A DNA stretch of 63,931 bases, filler included, from Octopus bimaculoides (lineage: Eukaryota), in the NCBI RefSeq assembly GCF_001194135.2. It is 4 parts of 3 records of this genome, joined end to end, with 100 filler letters (N's around TTAATTAATTAA, not from the genome) between each part and the next. Parts side by side here need not be neighbours in the genome. Positions count along the whole stretch, not along the records: positions 1 to 27,401 come from NC_068981.1; 3 more parts are not named here. One strand, written 5' to 3'. Below the pieces are notes generated by a model. It searched no databases. It saw only the letters and a program-made list of their open reading frames with translations, and had not been told where the DNA came from. Position numbers and translations under genes: made by a program. Below are positions 12,336 to 25,087 of the stretch, piece after piece (positions within the stretch are counted from its first letter, which is position 1; each line of letters opens with the position of its first letter).

Positions 12336-13490
12336 TCCGGTTTTGGCTTATCATTAAGGGGACATCACTTGTGTTTCATGACTCAGACACGAGAATCACT
12401 TCAGATTGCAAGAGTTACCTCTCTTGAAAGAAATTTAATAATTTCCTTTAAGTGATCGTTTAATTATGAACTTATTGTATAAATTGTTCAGGTGCACTTA
12501 CAGAAACAAGAACAAATCATAGCTTATCATTCCGGCCAGTTGTAGTGCATCTGAGCTCTGTATACAATAAGCTCAGTGATATTTTAAGAATAGTGATAAC
12601 ATCTGTTGCGTTTATGTATTTCTGCAAATTTCATAATGTGAAATCATGTGTTGAAACAGATTTGTCAAATTTGGAAATAGTCATATTTTGCCAATTAAAC
12701 AACACACGTATTATATATTTGGTCTTCATTCTAGCTCTTTCATCATTATTTTAGTTTCTTTGTCAAAGCTCTTTCGTCACACATCATTTGTGTTATTCAT
12801 TTCGTCACGCATAGCACTTCTGTCATAACATTTTAAAATCTTATCTTATAGAATCCCAAAATTCTTTCCACGGCGCCCTGGATAAAAAAAACAAAAACCT
12901 TATTATTCTAAGCCCCAACTTGAATAATACGGTATAACTTGATTAAATTATGGACAACACTCATTATCTTAACAAATTGACTTTAATTATAGCAACAAAA
13001 GAAATATTGTATCTTTTCGGCTGTTGTCACAGATTTGGAAATTTTAAATTTTAAATGAAAAATTTGAAATTTGGTATATTGCTATCATTTTTCAAGGCCG
13101 AATCTGAAGTTGGATTAATCAATTCCCAGAAAAATTAAGAAAAATATTTCATTGGTTCAAACTCTGATCACATTCGACATTTTTTTTAGCAGTAGAAAGG
13201 TGATATCTGTCCCTCTAAACTTGTAAGCCTCCACTTAAGTCCACCTGTAGCATTATCTTTCCTACATCACTTTACTGTTCAAATCCTATGCAAACCAATT
13301 TCATGGTAGGTATTTTTTCCCCCCTGCAAACATGAACACATTGAAATACAAACTAAACTGCGTCGGGATTCCCAGTCTGGAGGATCCTGAAAATATGCTG
13401 ACTGTACTTCCTACACTGAATTATAATATTATAATAAAACATCTATCGTTTACTCCGTAGCATTTGTAGTACATGTGAAAATGTCATCTG

Positions 13491-13564
<74 letters not shown>

Positions 13565-16500
13565 GGTAAGGGTCATGAGTGACCATGGGATATTGCACCT
13601 CGAGAGTTCCCCTCCGGGGCACAAGTCCGAGCCAGGTTGTTTATGGAAGACTGATGTTATCCAAGGGAATGGTAAAAACTGATATGGCTTGGCACCAATG
13701 ACGTCGCAGCTCATTTCTACAGCTGAAGGAACTGGAGCAACGTGAAATAAAGTGTTTTGCTCAAGAACACATCACGCATCCCGGTCCGGGAATCGAACTC
13801 ACTACCTCATAGTTGTGAACCTTATGCCACACACACACACACACACACACACACGTCTTCGAGCCGTAGGACTCAATAGGTCGGTTTTCTAGTTTTCATA
13901 GTGTAAAAGTGACCGAGATCACACCATTCCCCACTGAACAGGACATCAATACCGCTAAACATTCCGCCTGGCGTGCTAACGATTTTGCCAACTCGCCGTC
14001 TTCTATAATTATATTGTATGTTTCAAATTTCTGAAAACTGAAAAAAAACAATTTTGTTTAAATAATTTTATGATTATGATTAGCTTGAAGCTGAAGAATA
14101 ACGTTCGTGACTTTGGCAGAGCCTCCGAAACCAAATGACGGAATAAGCAACGCGGCCGCTTTAGTTGACAGCAGGAAGTTGTTAGGGTTTGGGTTAGGGT
14201 TAGCATGCTAGGATAACATGTTATGATAATGGTCTGAATGTTTTCCAACAGATAAGGTCTAATATCAAAGAAGATGTATAGTACAAAGCACCCGACAGTA
14301 TTAAAGACAATTTTCGTGAAAACGATTCCATTCACAAAGCTTTTATTGATCTATGGCATTATGAAGTACAGAATATTATTTGAGGCTGCAAAGTGTCCTG
14401 GTCTCTTTTGACCCATTAGTAAACATTGGAATAATAAATTTGGAATAATAAATTTGATACTATTTATTATAAACGAGATAAAAAATAAAATAAAATTTGT
14501 TGAGAATGTGCGATAGCACAGGATTTAAGGGAGGTAATTAAAATGTTGACACTAGTTATTTCCCTTGTACTAAAAACTGTTCAGAGCAACGTTAACATAT
14601 TGAATGCAGTTAGCGAAAAATTTGGGAACTATGGTCGCTAAAAGGCCCTCAGTTATATTTCTTGAATGTTTATTTTTTTAATAAAAAGAAGGACACATCT
14701 TCCTATAATATTTACGTTGACTTTTTCTTTCTTAAAAGAGATAAACATTAGATAGATTTGTATATCTTCTAATTAGTGAAAACTTTTCAGAATATTTGTG
14801 ATTATAAATGTCGACAAATACGTATATAGGATAATCCGAATGTACAGACAAAATCTGAAAATTGTAGCGGTACCGTTTTTATATTTTTAGCTGATAAACT
14901 TAACTTGTTGCCTTAAAAAAAACACCACTTGGTTCCTGAATACTTTTAGCGGAGAACATACTATTGTAAAAATTAGAGCCCAGTTTCCAGTACAGAGACA
15001 ATTGGCTGCGAACTGGCAGAGTCGACAGAATGTTAAATAGAATTCCACTATTTGCTGCGACTCTCTGCTCTTTGACTTCAAATTTCACTGAGGTCAAATT
15101 CGATTTTCATCCTTCTGTGGTTGATAAAAAAAAATGGTAGATTGGCGCAGTTGTAAGAACGTCGGACCGGATATCATGTAGTTTCATTCAAGCCTTGTGG
15201 ATTCCACGGCCTACATAAGTGACAGATATAATAGATTACCCAGTTAAGGAACAACCACAGGTACTTTGGAAGCCTTTAATGAAATTTCCTGTGCTGCAAT
15301 TAAACTTTCGGTTTCAGAATACATTCTTCCCTCCCACAAATCTCGGAGTTTCTGCACAGGGTGAGAGACATTGCTTTGTCTCCAGAATACATAAAAAATA
15401 ATGCTCTGTCTTCTCACTAGTTTCAGAAGCTCCGAAGAAAGCCATGGGACACTGTCTCCCGTCTTCTGATAATAAAAATAAATAAAATAAACAATGCACA
15501 TTTAACCAGCTGGCGTAAGCAACATTTGAAATATTTAAACCCTATCAGGCATAGCTGTGTGGTAAGATGCTTGCTTCCCAACCACATAGTTCCGAGTTCA
15601 GTCCCACTGCATGGGACCTTGGGCAAGTGTTTTACTATAGCCTCGGGCCGACCAAAGCCTTGTGAGTTGGTTTGGTAGACGGAAACTGAAAGAAGCCCGT
15701 CGTGTGTGTGTGTGTGTTTGTATGTGTGTGTGTGTGTTTGTATGTGTGTGTGTGTTTGTATGTGTGTGTGTGTGTTTGTATGTGTGTGTGTGTGTGTTTG
15801 TATGTGTGTGTGTATTTGTGTGTGTGTGTGTGTGTGTGTTTGTATGTGTGTGTGTGTGTGTGTGTTTGTATGTGTGTGTGTATTTGTGTATCTGGGTTTG
15901 TCCCCCCCAAACCATCGCTTGACAACCGATGCTGGTGTATTTACGAACCCGTAACTCAGCGGTTCGGCATAAGAGACCGATAGAATAAGTTCTAGGATTA
16001 CAAAGAATAAGCACTGGGGTCGATTCATTCGACTAAAGGCGGTGCTCCAGCATGGCCGCAGTCAAATGACTAAAACATGTAAAAGAATAAAAGAATGCAT
16101 GGATGGACCTAGTTGCGGTACATGAAGTAGATACAGGAGTAGAATTTGAACCTAAACAATACCAGTTGCGTACTGGGGTCGATCTAATCGACTGGCGCCC
16201 TCCCCCAAAATTTCGGGCCTTGTGCTTAGAGTAGAAAAGAATATTTAACAAGGCGAGAGTCGGCGAGCTGGCAGAGACGTTAGCACGCCGGGCGAAATAT
16301 ATATACATATACATACATATATATATATATANNNNNNNNNNNNNNNNNNNNNNNNNNNNNNNNNNNNNNNNNNNNNNNNNNNNNNNNNNNNNNNNNNNNN
16401 NNNNNNNNNNNNNNNNNNNNNNNNNNNNNNNNNNNNNNNNNNNNNNNNNNNNNNNNNNNNNNNNNNNNNNNNNNNNNNNNNNNNNNNNNNNNNNNNNNNN

Positions 16501-17561
16501 NNTATATATATGAAATTTTGAATTTGGTTCATGGCCCCCACCCAGTACTACCTTTGTCGACCACAGGTTGGGAAAGACTGGTCTGAACCATTCATTAATT
16601 AGAGACGCTCTAAGCTGTGTTGAATGAACTATAATTATGGACAATCGTATTTAAGATGTTCGTGTGCATTCGGACATGGAAAGACAAGCGCTGCAGAAAT
16701 TTTTTCCACAGAAAAATTCTCCTCATGGACAATATATGTGAAAAACATACCATTGGGCTATGGATGAGGTCAGTGGATCCTAAAATCTATGTGTTCCTGC
16801 GTTGTTGTGCCTCATCAGCTACGAATACCGAGCCGTCGTTTACAGCTACAAAAAACTTATTGTTCTTGTATTAGAACAGCAGATGATTCATTTACGAATG
16901 TGCACAAAGCTTTTTCCAAACTGGAATTTATTAATTAGAAGCACAACAAGCAGCGTTCAGTGAAACACAAATGTATACGGTCACATTTAACACGTTTGTG
17001 TCCACTCGGAGATGAAAAGACACACGCTGCAGAAATTGTTTGATTGTACACACTTATATTTTATTCAGAACTACTTTGTGTGTCTCTAATTAATATGACA
17101 GTATACACTTAAATTTCCAAGCCATTTATACTGGTGTTCTGTTGTTTAGTAATACCTTTCAAAAACTGAATGTCAACAATTAAATGCTGATATTATAAAA
17201 GAAATACACCTGCTGATATGTAAATTAGAATAATATATTTTGAAAAACAGTGTGTTGTAGGAGACGAAAGTAATGCAGGCAGAGCATTATATATAAGAAA
17301 TAACAAAAAAAAAAAAGATATCGAAATTTTACCTAAGAAATATTTAATTAGTCCTGATATTTCGAGCTGAAAACTCTTTTTCAAAAGCTTTAGAGAGGGA
17401 GAGAGAGAACTAGAGTGAGAAGGAGAGAGAGGGAGAGAGGGAAGGAGCGAGGGCTAGAGTGAGAGGGAGACAGGAAAGAGAGAGAGAAAGAGTGGCAAGG
17501 AGAGAGAGATGAGGAGAGAGAGAGAGATGTATGAATACAAGTGTAAAAATTTTATATTATA

Positions 17562-18044
17562 CTAGACTACCCGTGACCCGTTAGGTCACCTACAAAGTCT
17601 GAGTTTCTCAGCAACGGAGTTGTTTCGTGTTTGTTTTTCTTTTCTAGGCTATTTCACATGCTTTCAACGAATCTGACATCGAAATCAAGCGTAAACGGCG
17701 CCTTTCTCCAGAAAAAGAAAGATTTGGCTGCTATTTCTTGCATGCCCTGCTACCACGTAACAGGTATTTCGCAAATAGCTGTTACGTGGTGGCAGGGCGT
17801 GCTAGAAACAGCAACCAAATATTTGGAGCTGTGATACGTTGAATGCACTCCAAAAATCTTTTGTAATAGTACTCCCCTGGGGCGATCTTTCGCTTTGACT
17901 ATCAGAACTGTCATCCAGATCAGCTGGTTTTGTTCGTTAATTTCCGTAAAAGTTTTTATCTATTTACTTTTGTTTTAAAGTGAAAGAGNNNNNNNNNNNN
18001 NNNNNNNNNNNNNNNNNNNNNNNNNNNNNNNNNNNNNNNNNNNN

Positions 18045-18081
<37 letters not shown>

Positions 18082-18128
18082 ACTTACACATGCATGAGAA
18101 CACACACGTTCACTCACTTATTCTCTTT

Positions 18129-18164
<36 letters not shown>

Positions 18165-18808
18165 TGCACACGTACATACAAAGATGTACGCATATGTATT
18201 GATGTATGTACGTATACATGACAACACACTCCTTCACTCACTCTCTCTCTTACTTTCTCTCTTTCTCTCTTTCTCTCTCTCTCTTTCTCTCTTGCTCTCT
18301 CACGCACACACGTCCATTTCATATACAAGTACATACATCTTTCACCCTCTCCTCTCTTTCACTTTAAAACAAAAGTAAATATATAAAACATTTTTACAGA
18401 AATTAATGAACTCCAGATGAAAAGCGAAAGATCGCCATTCACTTGAAAATAATGAAAAAAAACCCCACTAAAATATTGTCTGTTTAAAGAAATCTAAAAT
18501 ATAAATACTCACTGTACAAACAATTTACATTTTTGAAATCACATTCAGTTAAAAATATTTCTAAATGATTAAAATATTGTGTCCGTCAAAAAGTTAACGT
18601 CATTCTTCTTAGAGAGTACGAAGACTATGTGTGTGTATATGTCACAGATAGCGGACGTATGTTTGTGTTGATTGACATGCCATGACATTCATTATATGTG
18701 TGTGTATTCTGTATGGGCATATGTGTGTTGACGTCACGGAAGTCATGTTTTTTTTGTCAAGAAATAACAAACAAAAATTGTATTTAATCGTTTTCATTAA
18801 TAAATAGA
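17562..18808 (-). mobile_element. Candidate non-autonomous Helitron
   Basis: Minus strand starts TCTATTTATTAAT (5' TC) and ends GTGACCtaacgGGTCAC-gggtagt-CTAG|T (hairpin + CTAG + T). The 5' flank is C rather than the canonical A. Confidence 0.55.
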
Positions 18809-18828
18809 GGTGCAGATATCACAAAAAT

Positions 18829-19850
18829 TTGTACTGCAAAGAGCTTCAGACTCACTCGTCTAGCATTGAAAATACTACAGTATGGGAAAATTTTCGAGAC
18901 CAGGTTCGTCAATGTGCTGCTGAAACACTGGGATATGTTACTGCCAGACACAGAGACTGGTTTGATGAAAATGATGCTGAACTTCAGCGACTATCGGTTG
19001 TAAAGTGCCATGCCCACAATGTATTGCTGCACAGAGGACTTTCAGCTGTGAAGCGAAATCTAGCACTTGCCCACTAAAGCAGTGTAAAATCACTACTGCA
19101 GCGATCTCTCAGGAAGACGCAGAACACTTGGTGGGTGGATATTGTTCATGATGTTCAAGCAGCTGCTGATGTAAATGACAAGAAGCTTTAGCATCTTATG
19201 AAGCAAGTTTATGGGTCTAAGAGCTATGCACCAACTCCTTTGCTTTTCAAGGAGTCTTCTACTCTATTTACTAAATCAACAGAGATCACAGGTCGCTGGA
19301 TTGAACACTTCTCTGAACTACGAGTCAGTTGTGGATGAAACAATAGATAAGGTAATGACAGCAATAAGTGAATTGAATCTTGGTAGGGCACCTGGAAGGG
19401 ATAAAATTTGTGCTGAGGTCTTGCGATTTGGTGGTGATTACAATCTTCACCCCGGCAGAAACCTAGGCTGCGATTTAAGGACTGTGACTAGTCCTCATTA
19501 AAGGCCTGTAATATGCAGGAGATTGACTAGGAGAGCAATGCCTGTCATCGCCATAGATGGAGGAAGCAGGTTTGAAAGAGCACGTATTTTGCATGAAGAA
19601 TTTTAGCATGTTCGAAAGCACACTGCTAGTGCAGTGAATGGGGAAAGCTTGGTTTGCAATGTTTGTAGTCGTGTATGCTTGTCAAGAGCAGGGCTCATTA
19701 GTCACCAACGGAACCCAAATGCAAAATATAAGTTAGTCTTAGAACGCACAATGTTCCTAAATCTCAGCAATGGTCTTCCTCGGTCACGAGTGGACCGCCA
19801 TCATGTATGTATGTATGTATGTATGTATGTATGCATGTATGTATGTATGT
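18829..19850 (+). mobile_element. Decayed, internally deleted RTE-clade (BovB-like) LINE
   Basis: RHRDWFDENDAEL, GRAPGRDKICAEVLRFGG, C-terminal C2H2 CNVCSRVCLSRAGLISHQR, then a (TATG)n tail. Confidence 0.85.
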
Positions 19851-21029
19851 AAAACATTGCGGTGTTGACAAAAAGATCTGATATTGACAGTTTTAGACGG
19901 AAGTTTAAGGAGATCAGGTTCCCATAACATTTGCAAATCCAAGCAGTTTAATAAAACAGGACAATGATTATAGAAACTGGTGTAAGATGGAAAGGAGGGG
20001 GTGAGCGGGGTTTTTTGATAACTGTGCAAGTTATGCCGTCGAATCGAACAGCTATTTCCACGTAATAATAAATTCTCATAGCCGGTCTTAAAATATGATC
20101 CATTGTTAAGCATGTCAAATAATTTTGAAGAAGTCTTTTTTAATTTAAATGATTATGCTTCAGAGCTACACATTTAATTAGCTTTTTTTCTCCTTCAAAT
20201 ATCGGTTATATTGCATTAATTAGTTTAGCTTTTAGCAATGTTATGGAGAAAAAGGAGGAAAAAAGCAAATGTTTATTGTCTCTTAAAGTTAATACGTTTC
20301 CTGTTGCTAATTTATTAACAGGGAAATTTGTGACGTCATTCATTTTCCCAAGAATATTGGTTTTTAACAGACGCAGGCAATGCAGCAGAGGAGTAGGGTG
20401 GGTACGGTGGGGGCGGTGAAGAGAGGATTGATCGATTAGATCGTCGCAGTACTTGACCACTGGTCAATTTTGGTGGAAGCCCGGAGAAATTACCTTAATT
20501 GAATTCGAAACGAGTGTACGGATTCACAACTGAATACTTCACCGCAGGGTTCTTTTTTTTTTCTTCGACACTCTACCGATTCTGTTTTACCCCAACACAT
20601 CTGAAGGTTTAGCTGTTCAAATCGTCTCCTCTACTTAATTTAAAGTCCGGTATTTATTCTATCGCACTCTGCTTACCGAACCGCTAAGTTATAGGAACAT
20701 AAACAGACCGATACCAGTTGTGGAATGCTGCTGGGAAGACAAATCCAGACTCGCTCACACACGTTTACATACAAGCATGCATGTATGCATACATACATAC
20801 AGACATACATACATTCATACTCGCATACGTTCATGCATTATAACAATAATAATTGATTCATTTGTGTGCATGTATGGACATTTGTGTATGTACATATATG
20901 TATTTATGTACTTATGTTTATTTATGTATATCTATGTATATGTTAAAGTATGCATATATATGTGGGTTTTTACGGTTTTTATATTTTTATATTTGGATAT
21001 TTTTAACTTAAACTTATGAACTTTATAAA

Positions 21030-21587
21030 ATCTCTGAAGAGGCCTAGAGAATCATCCATGTAGCTCTATTTCATCTAGTAATTACTTCAGTCTACTGGAG
21101 TGATATAGATAGAATGAGGCATGTCACCCCTTGACTGAAACAGCTGTAAGTCATTATCCCATTTTCTGTCACTATATGTCATTTTTAATTACTGATATGA
21201 CATAATATGTCACCTGTGTTTGTATATTGTTATTATTGTCCTTTTAGTAAACAATTAAACAAGTAAATTGACACAATACAATGTCTGCAAGTTGATGAAT
21301 ACCACCTATTCCCCTCCATTTTCTTATTGCTATATATATATATGTATATATATACTGGGTTTAGTAAATTAATTTGGTCTCTAAAGGAACATAATAAACA
21401 ATTCGATTTGGAATAGAATATTCTATCTAGATCCCTACCATATGACAAAGGTAAATTTTTTTGTCTGCTCTGTAACGAAGAACAATTTCTCATCCTTTTC
21501 TCGGAGAATACTCTTGTAAACACGTTTAAAGAACGCGTTTATCATTGTAAACATTGGCAAAAACATACCTTTAGTTCCTATAAATAA
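21030..21587 (+). mobile_element. Penelope-like element remnant (GIY-YIG endonuclease C-terminus at 21363-21587)
   Basis: SKLIWSLKEHNKQFDLE*NILSRSLPYDKGKFFCLLCNEEQFLIL...HCKHWQKH matches the PLE C-x-x-C...C-x-H tail; a decayed hammerhead-like motif is upstream at 21111-21152. Confidence 0.75.
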
Positions 21588-23381
21588 CTTCTATCAATCT
21601 TATTATATTTCATTTCCACTACATATATCTATTTCCACGCCTTTAAGCTTTATCCCCATTCATCTATCACACTAGCTTTCTCCACTCTTAATTTTTTGTT
21701 AATTTATTTCTTTCTCTTTCACTTTCTCTAAGTTACTTTTGACGGCAAATCTATTAACAGTTAAAAAAAAAAAACTTGCTAGCGTTCCCCTTCATCATAT
21801 GCACGGTTATCACATTCGATTAAAATGGTTCATTGATGTGTTTTGTTTCTCTTTTTTTCCCTGACGAGATGATTGCATTGTTTTACATCATGTTATTCCC
21901 TCCGGAATAATATCAATGCTTTCTTCGAAACATATGTTGGAAGTATAAAGATCTGAATAACATNNNNNNNNNNNNNNNNNNNNNNNNNNNNNNNNNNNNN
22001 NNNNNNNNNNNNNNNNNNNNNNNNNNNNNNNNNNNNNNNNNNNNNNNNNNNNNNNNNNNNNNNNNNNNNNNNNNNNNNNNNNNNNNNNNNNNNNNNNNNN
22101 NNNNNNNNNNNNNNNNNNNNNNNNNNNNNNNNNNNNNNNNNNNNNNNNNNNNNNNNNNNNNNNNNNNNNNNNNNNNNNNNNNNNNNNNNNNNNNNNNNNN
22201 NNNNNNNNNNNNNNNNNNNNNNNNNNNNNNNNNNNNNNNNNNNNNNNNNNNNNNNNNNNNNNNNNNNNNNNNNNNNNNNNNNNNNNNNNNNNNNNNNNNN
22301 NNNNNNNNNNNNNNNNNNNNNNNNNNNNNNNNNNNNNNNNNNNNNNNNNNNNNNNNNNNNNNNNNNNNNNNNNNNNNNNNNNNNNNNNNNNNNNNNNNNN
22401 NNNNNNNNNNNNNNNNNNNNNNNNNNNNNNNNNNNNNNNNNNNNNNNNNNNNNNNNNNNNNNNNNNNNNNNNNNNNNNNNNNNNNNNNNNNNNNNNNNNN
22501 NNNNNNNNNNNNNNNNNNNNNNNNNNNNNNNNNNNNNNNNNNNNNNNNNNNNNNNNNNNNNNNNNNNNNNNNNNNNNNNNNNNNNNNNNNNNNNNNNNNN
22601 NNNNNNNNNNNNNNNNNNNNNNNNNNNNNNNNNNNNNNNNNNNNNNNNNNNNNNNNNNNNNNNNNNNNNNNNNNNNNNNNNNNNNNNNNNNNNNNNNNNN
22701 NNNNNNNNNNNNNNNNNNNNNNNNNNNNNNNNNNNNNNNNTGTGTGTGTGTGTGTGTGTTTGTGTGTGTGCGTGTGTGTGCGTGTGTGTGTGTGTGTATG
22801 AGCGTGTGTATGTACATATATAGATATATACACGGCGTACTGCATCTTACATTTTTGAACAAGGAGAGGAAAAAAAAGTATAATTATTCCTTGGAAATAA
22901 ACGTCTTGTCAATCAATCATAGAACAAGATCACTTGAGATGTGAAAAGAATCTCAGGTTCCATACAAGCCGTGTGTAGTAAGAAGAATATGGATTCTGTT
23001 GGCGTCGAAAGATGCTGTGATTATTTGATAATAATCAACAGTTGAGTGTCAAATTGTAAACCTTGTCTTAACATTTCCAGCATGGCGTATATAGAGTCAG
23101 AGTGTCCGCCTCGACGCTCAATGAGATTTTTCCTCACATTTCATTGTACAACTCTCACGTGTTAATGTTCATATATTTACTTAACGTTCTGATGGTGAAT
23201 ACAATTGTAAAGATTTCTTAGTTGTGTAAACTTAAAACTGGTTGACGAAGTCGTGTACATTCAACATAATACTTTCTAGAGAGTTGCCTTTGATAACATA
23301 TATGCACATAACGGATACATACATACATGCGTACATACATACATACATACATACGTTTCACATATATATAATATATGTGTA

Positions 23382-24268
23382 CGAGTTCTGATCAATAAGT
23401 ACCCGGACTGTTGCCACCGTAACAAAGCTAAAGCATGCAGAATAAAGCCACTTGGCAAAGATTGGCCGTGAACTCTGCTGTACATGCGCACTAAGTTTTA
23501 ACGTTCTAGCTCACTTCCGCTGTTTACAGCAGTGCTTGGAAGGAAGGTATGTAGCGTGTGATCATCGCACTGACCATAACAGAGAAAGTTGTTACGGCGA
23601 TACCTGCTTAAAGGCCTATGCAAAGTTGCAGAAAGCGTATGGAGAAGAGTGTATGAGCCGCACACAAGTGCTTCAGACGTTTCTAAGATGGCCGAAAAAA
23701 TGTCGATATTGACGAACGTTCTGGGAGACCCACAACCAGCAGAACTGAGAAAAACATTGCCGATGTGCGTGCAACTGTGAGGGGAAATCGTCGAATCACT
23801 ATTTATGAGTTATCAAAAGATGTACAGATTAGTTACAGTTCAGCTCAATCCATTCTCACTGAGGATTTGGGAATGGGACGCGTGTTTGCCAAGTTTGTGC
23901 CAAAACTGCTTTCAGCTGACCAAAAAGACACTCGGGTTTCAGTTGCATAAAATCTCCTTGATTTTGTTGAGAACGATGAAACCTTTTTGAAAACTTTGCG
24001 TAGGCCTCTGAGCAGGTATCGCCAAGCTTTTGGCAAAATTTGATCTAGATTCTCTGCTCAACTTCCTCTGTCATGGTCAATGCGATGATCACACGCTACA
24101 CGCGTTCCTTCCAAGTACTGATGTAAACAGCGGAAGTAAGCTAGAACATTAAAACTTACTGCGCACGCACAACAGACTTCAAGGTCAATCTGTGCCAAGC
24201 GGCTTCACTCTGCATGTTCTAGATTCGTTACTATAGCAGCAGTCCGTATACTTATTGATCAAACCACA
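23382..24268 (+). mobile_element. Non-autonomous mariner element with long inverted termini and TA TSD
   Basis: TIR CGAGTTCTGATCAATAAGTACCCGGACTG and its near-complement. Internal HTH fragments: AYGEECMSRTQV, RRITIYELSKDVQISYSSAQSILTEDLGMGRVFAKFVPKLLS. Confidence 0.9.
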
Positions 24269-24489
24269 TATTCACTGTGTGTGTGTGTATATGTGTGTGT
24301 GTGTATATGTGTGTGTGTGTATATATGTGTGTGTGTATATGTGTGTGTGTGTATATATATATAATATGATATAATATATGCGTCTATATGTATGTGTGGA
24401 TATATATATATATATATATATATNNNNNNNNNNNNNNNNNNNNNNNNNNNNNNNNNNNNNNNNNNNNNNNNNTATATATATAACTGTGC

Positions 24490-24790
24490 ACAGTTGTGGA
24501 AATTAGCTGCCCAGCGGACGTTAACATAAAGCTGAAGATCAGTGAAAAAGAGAACACTTTTGCTGAACTATTGAGAAATCGTCAGTTACTCTATCCAGAT
24601 TACAAGTTCAGGTTTATACCTGTAATTATAGGGGACCAGGGATATGTAACGTACTACGTAAATACCAATCTTGAGAAATTAGGCTTCTGAAAACCAGAAA
24701 GGAGAAAGCTAATTCGAAGACTACAGATCCAAGCCATCACTGGAACTGTAAAAATCTGCAAAACTTTCCAGGAGTTCAGCATTTAAATAT
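24490..24790 (+). mobile_element. RLE-clade non-LTR retrotransposon 3' end (restriction-like endonuclease)
   Basis: EISCPADVNI...ELLRNRQLLYPDYKFRFIPVIIGDQGYV...TGTVKICKTF; homologous to 58650-58900 and 61100-61360 on minus. Confidence 0.8.
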
Positions 24791-25037
24791 ATATGAACAT
24801 GTTTAGATATGCAACTATATACAGGAGAATACATACATAAAGTAAAACATACAAATCTGCACATAAATATACATGCATGCATGCATGCATACATACATAC
24901 ATACATACATACATACATACATACATGCAAATGAAAATACCCTGTTGTTGAAGTTGAAATTCCAATGAAGGAGCCTTGAATCTAGGTTAGAAACCAGCTC
25001 TTTCTCTATTGGCAAAAAAACTGAACAATGACACACA

Positions 25038-25087
<50 letters not shown>

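Noticed and set aside
14181-14203. TTAGGG-like units (GTTAGGGTTTGGGTTAGGGTTAG)
   Set aside because: Only about 3 imperfect units; such words are common inside DNA-transposon remnants, so this is not evidence of a telomere.
15423-16028. Long His/Thr, Val/Cys, Ile/Tyr and poly-X ORFs in the supplied track
   Set aside because: Translations of (CA)n, (TG)n, (TA)n or (AAT)n microsatellites, or N gaps.
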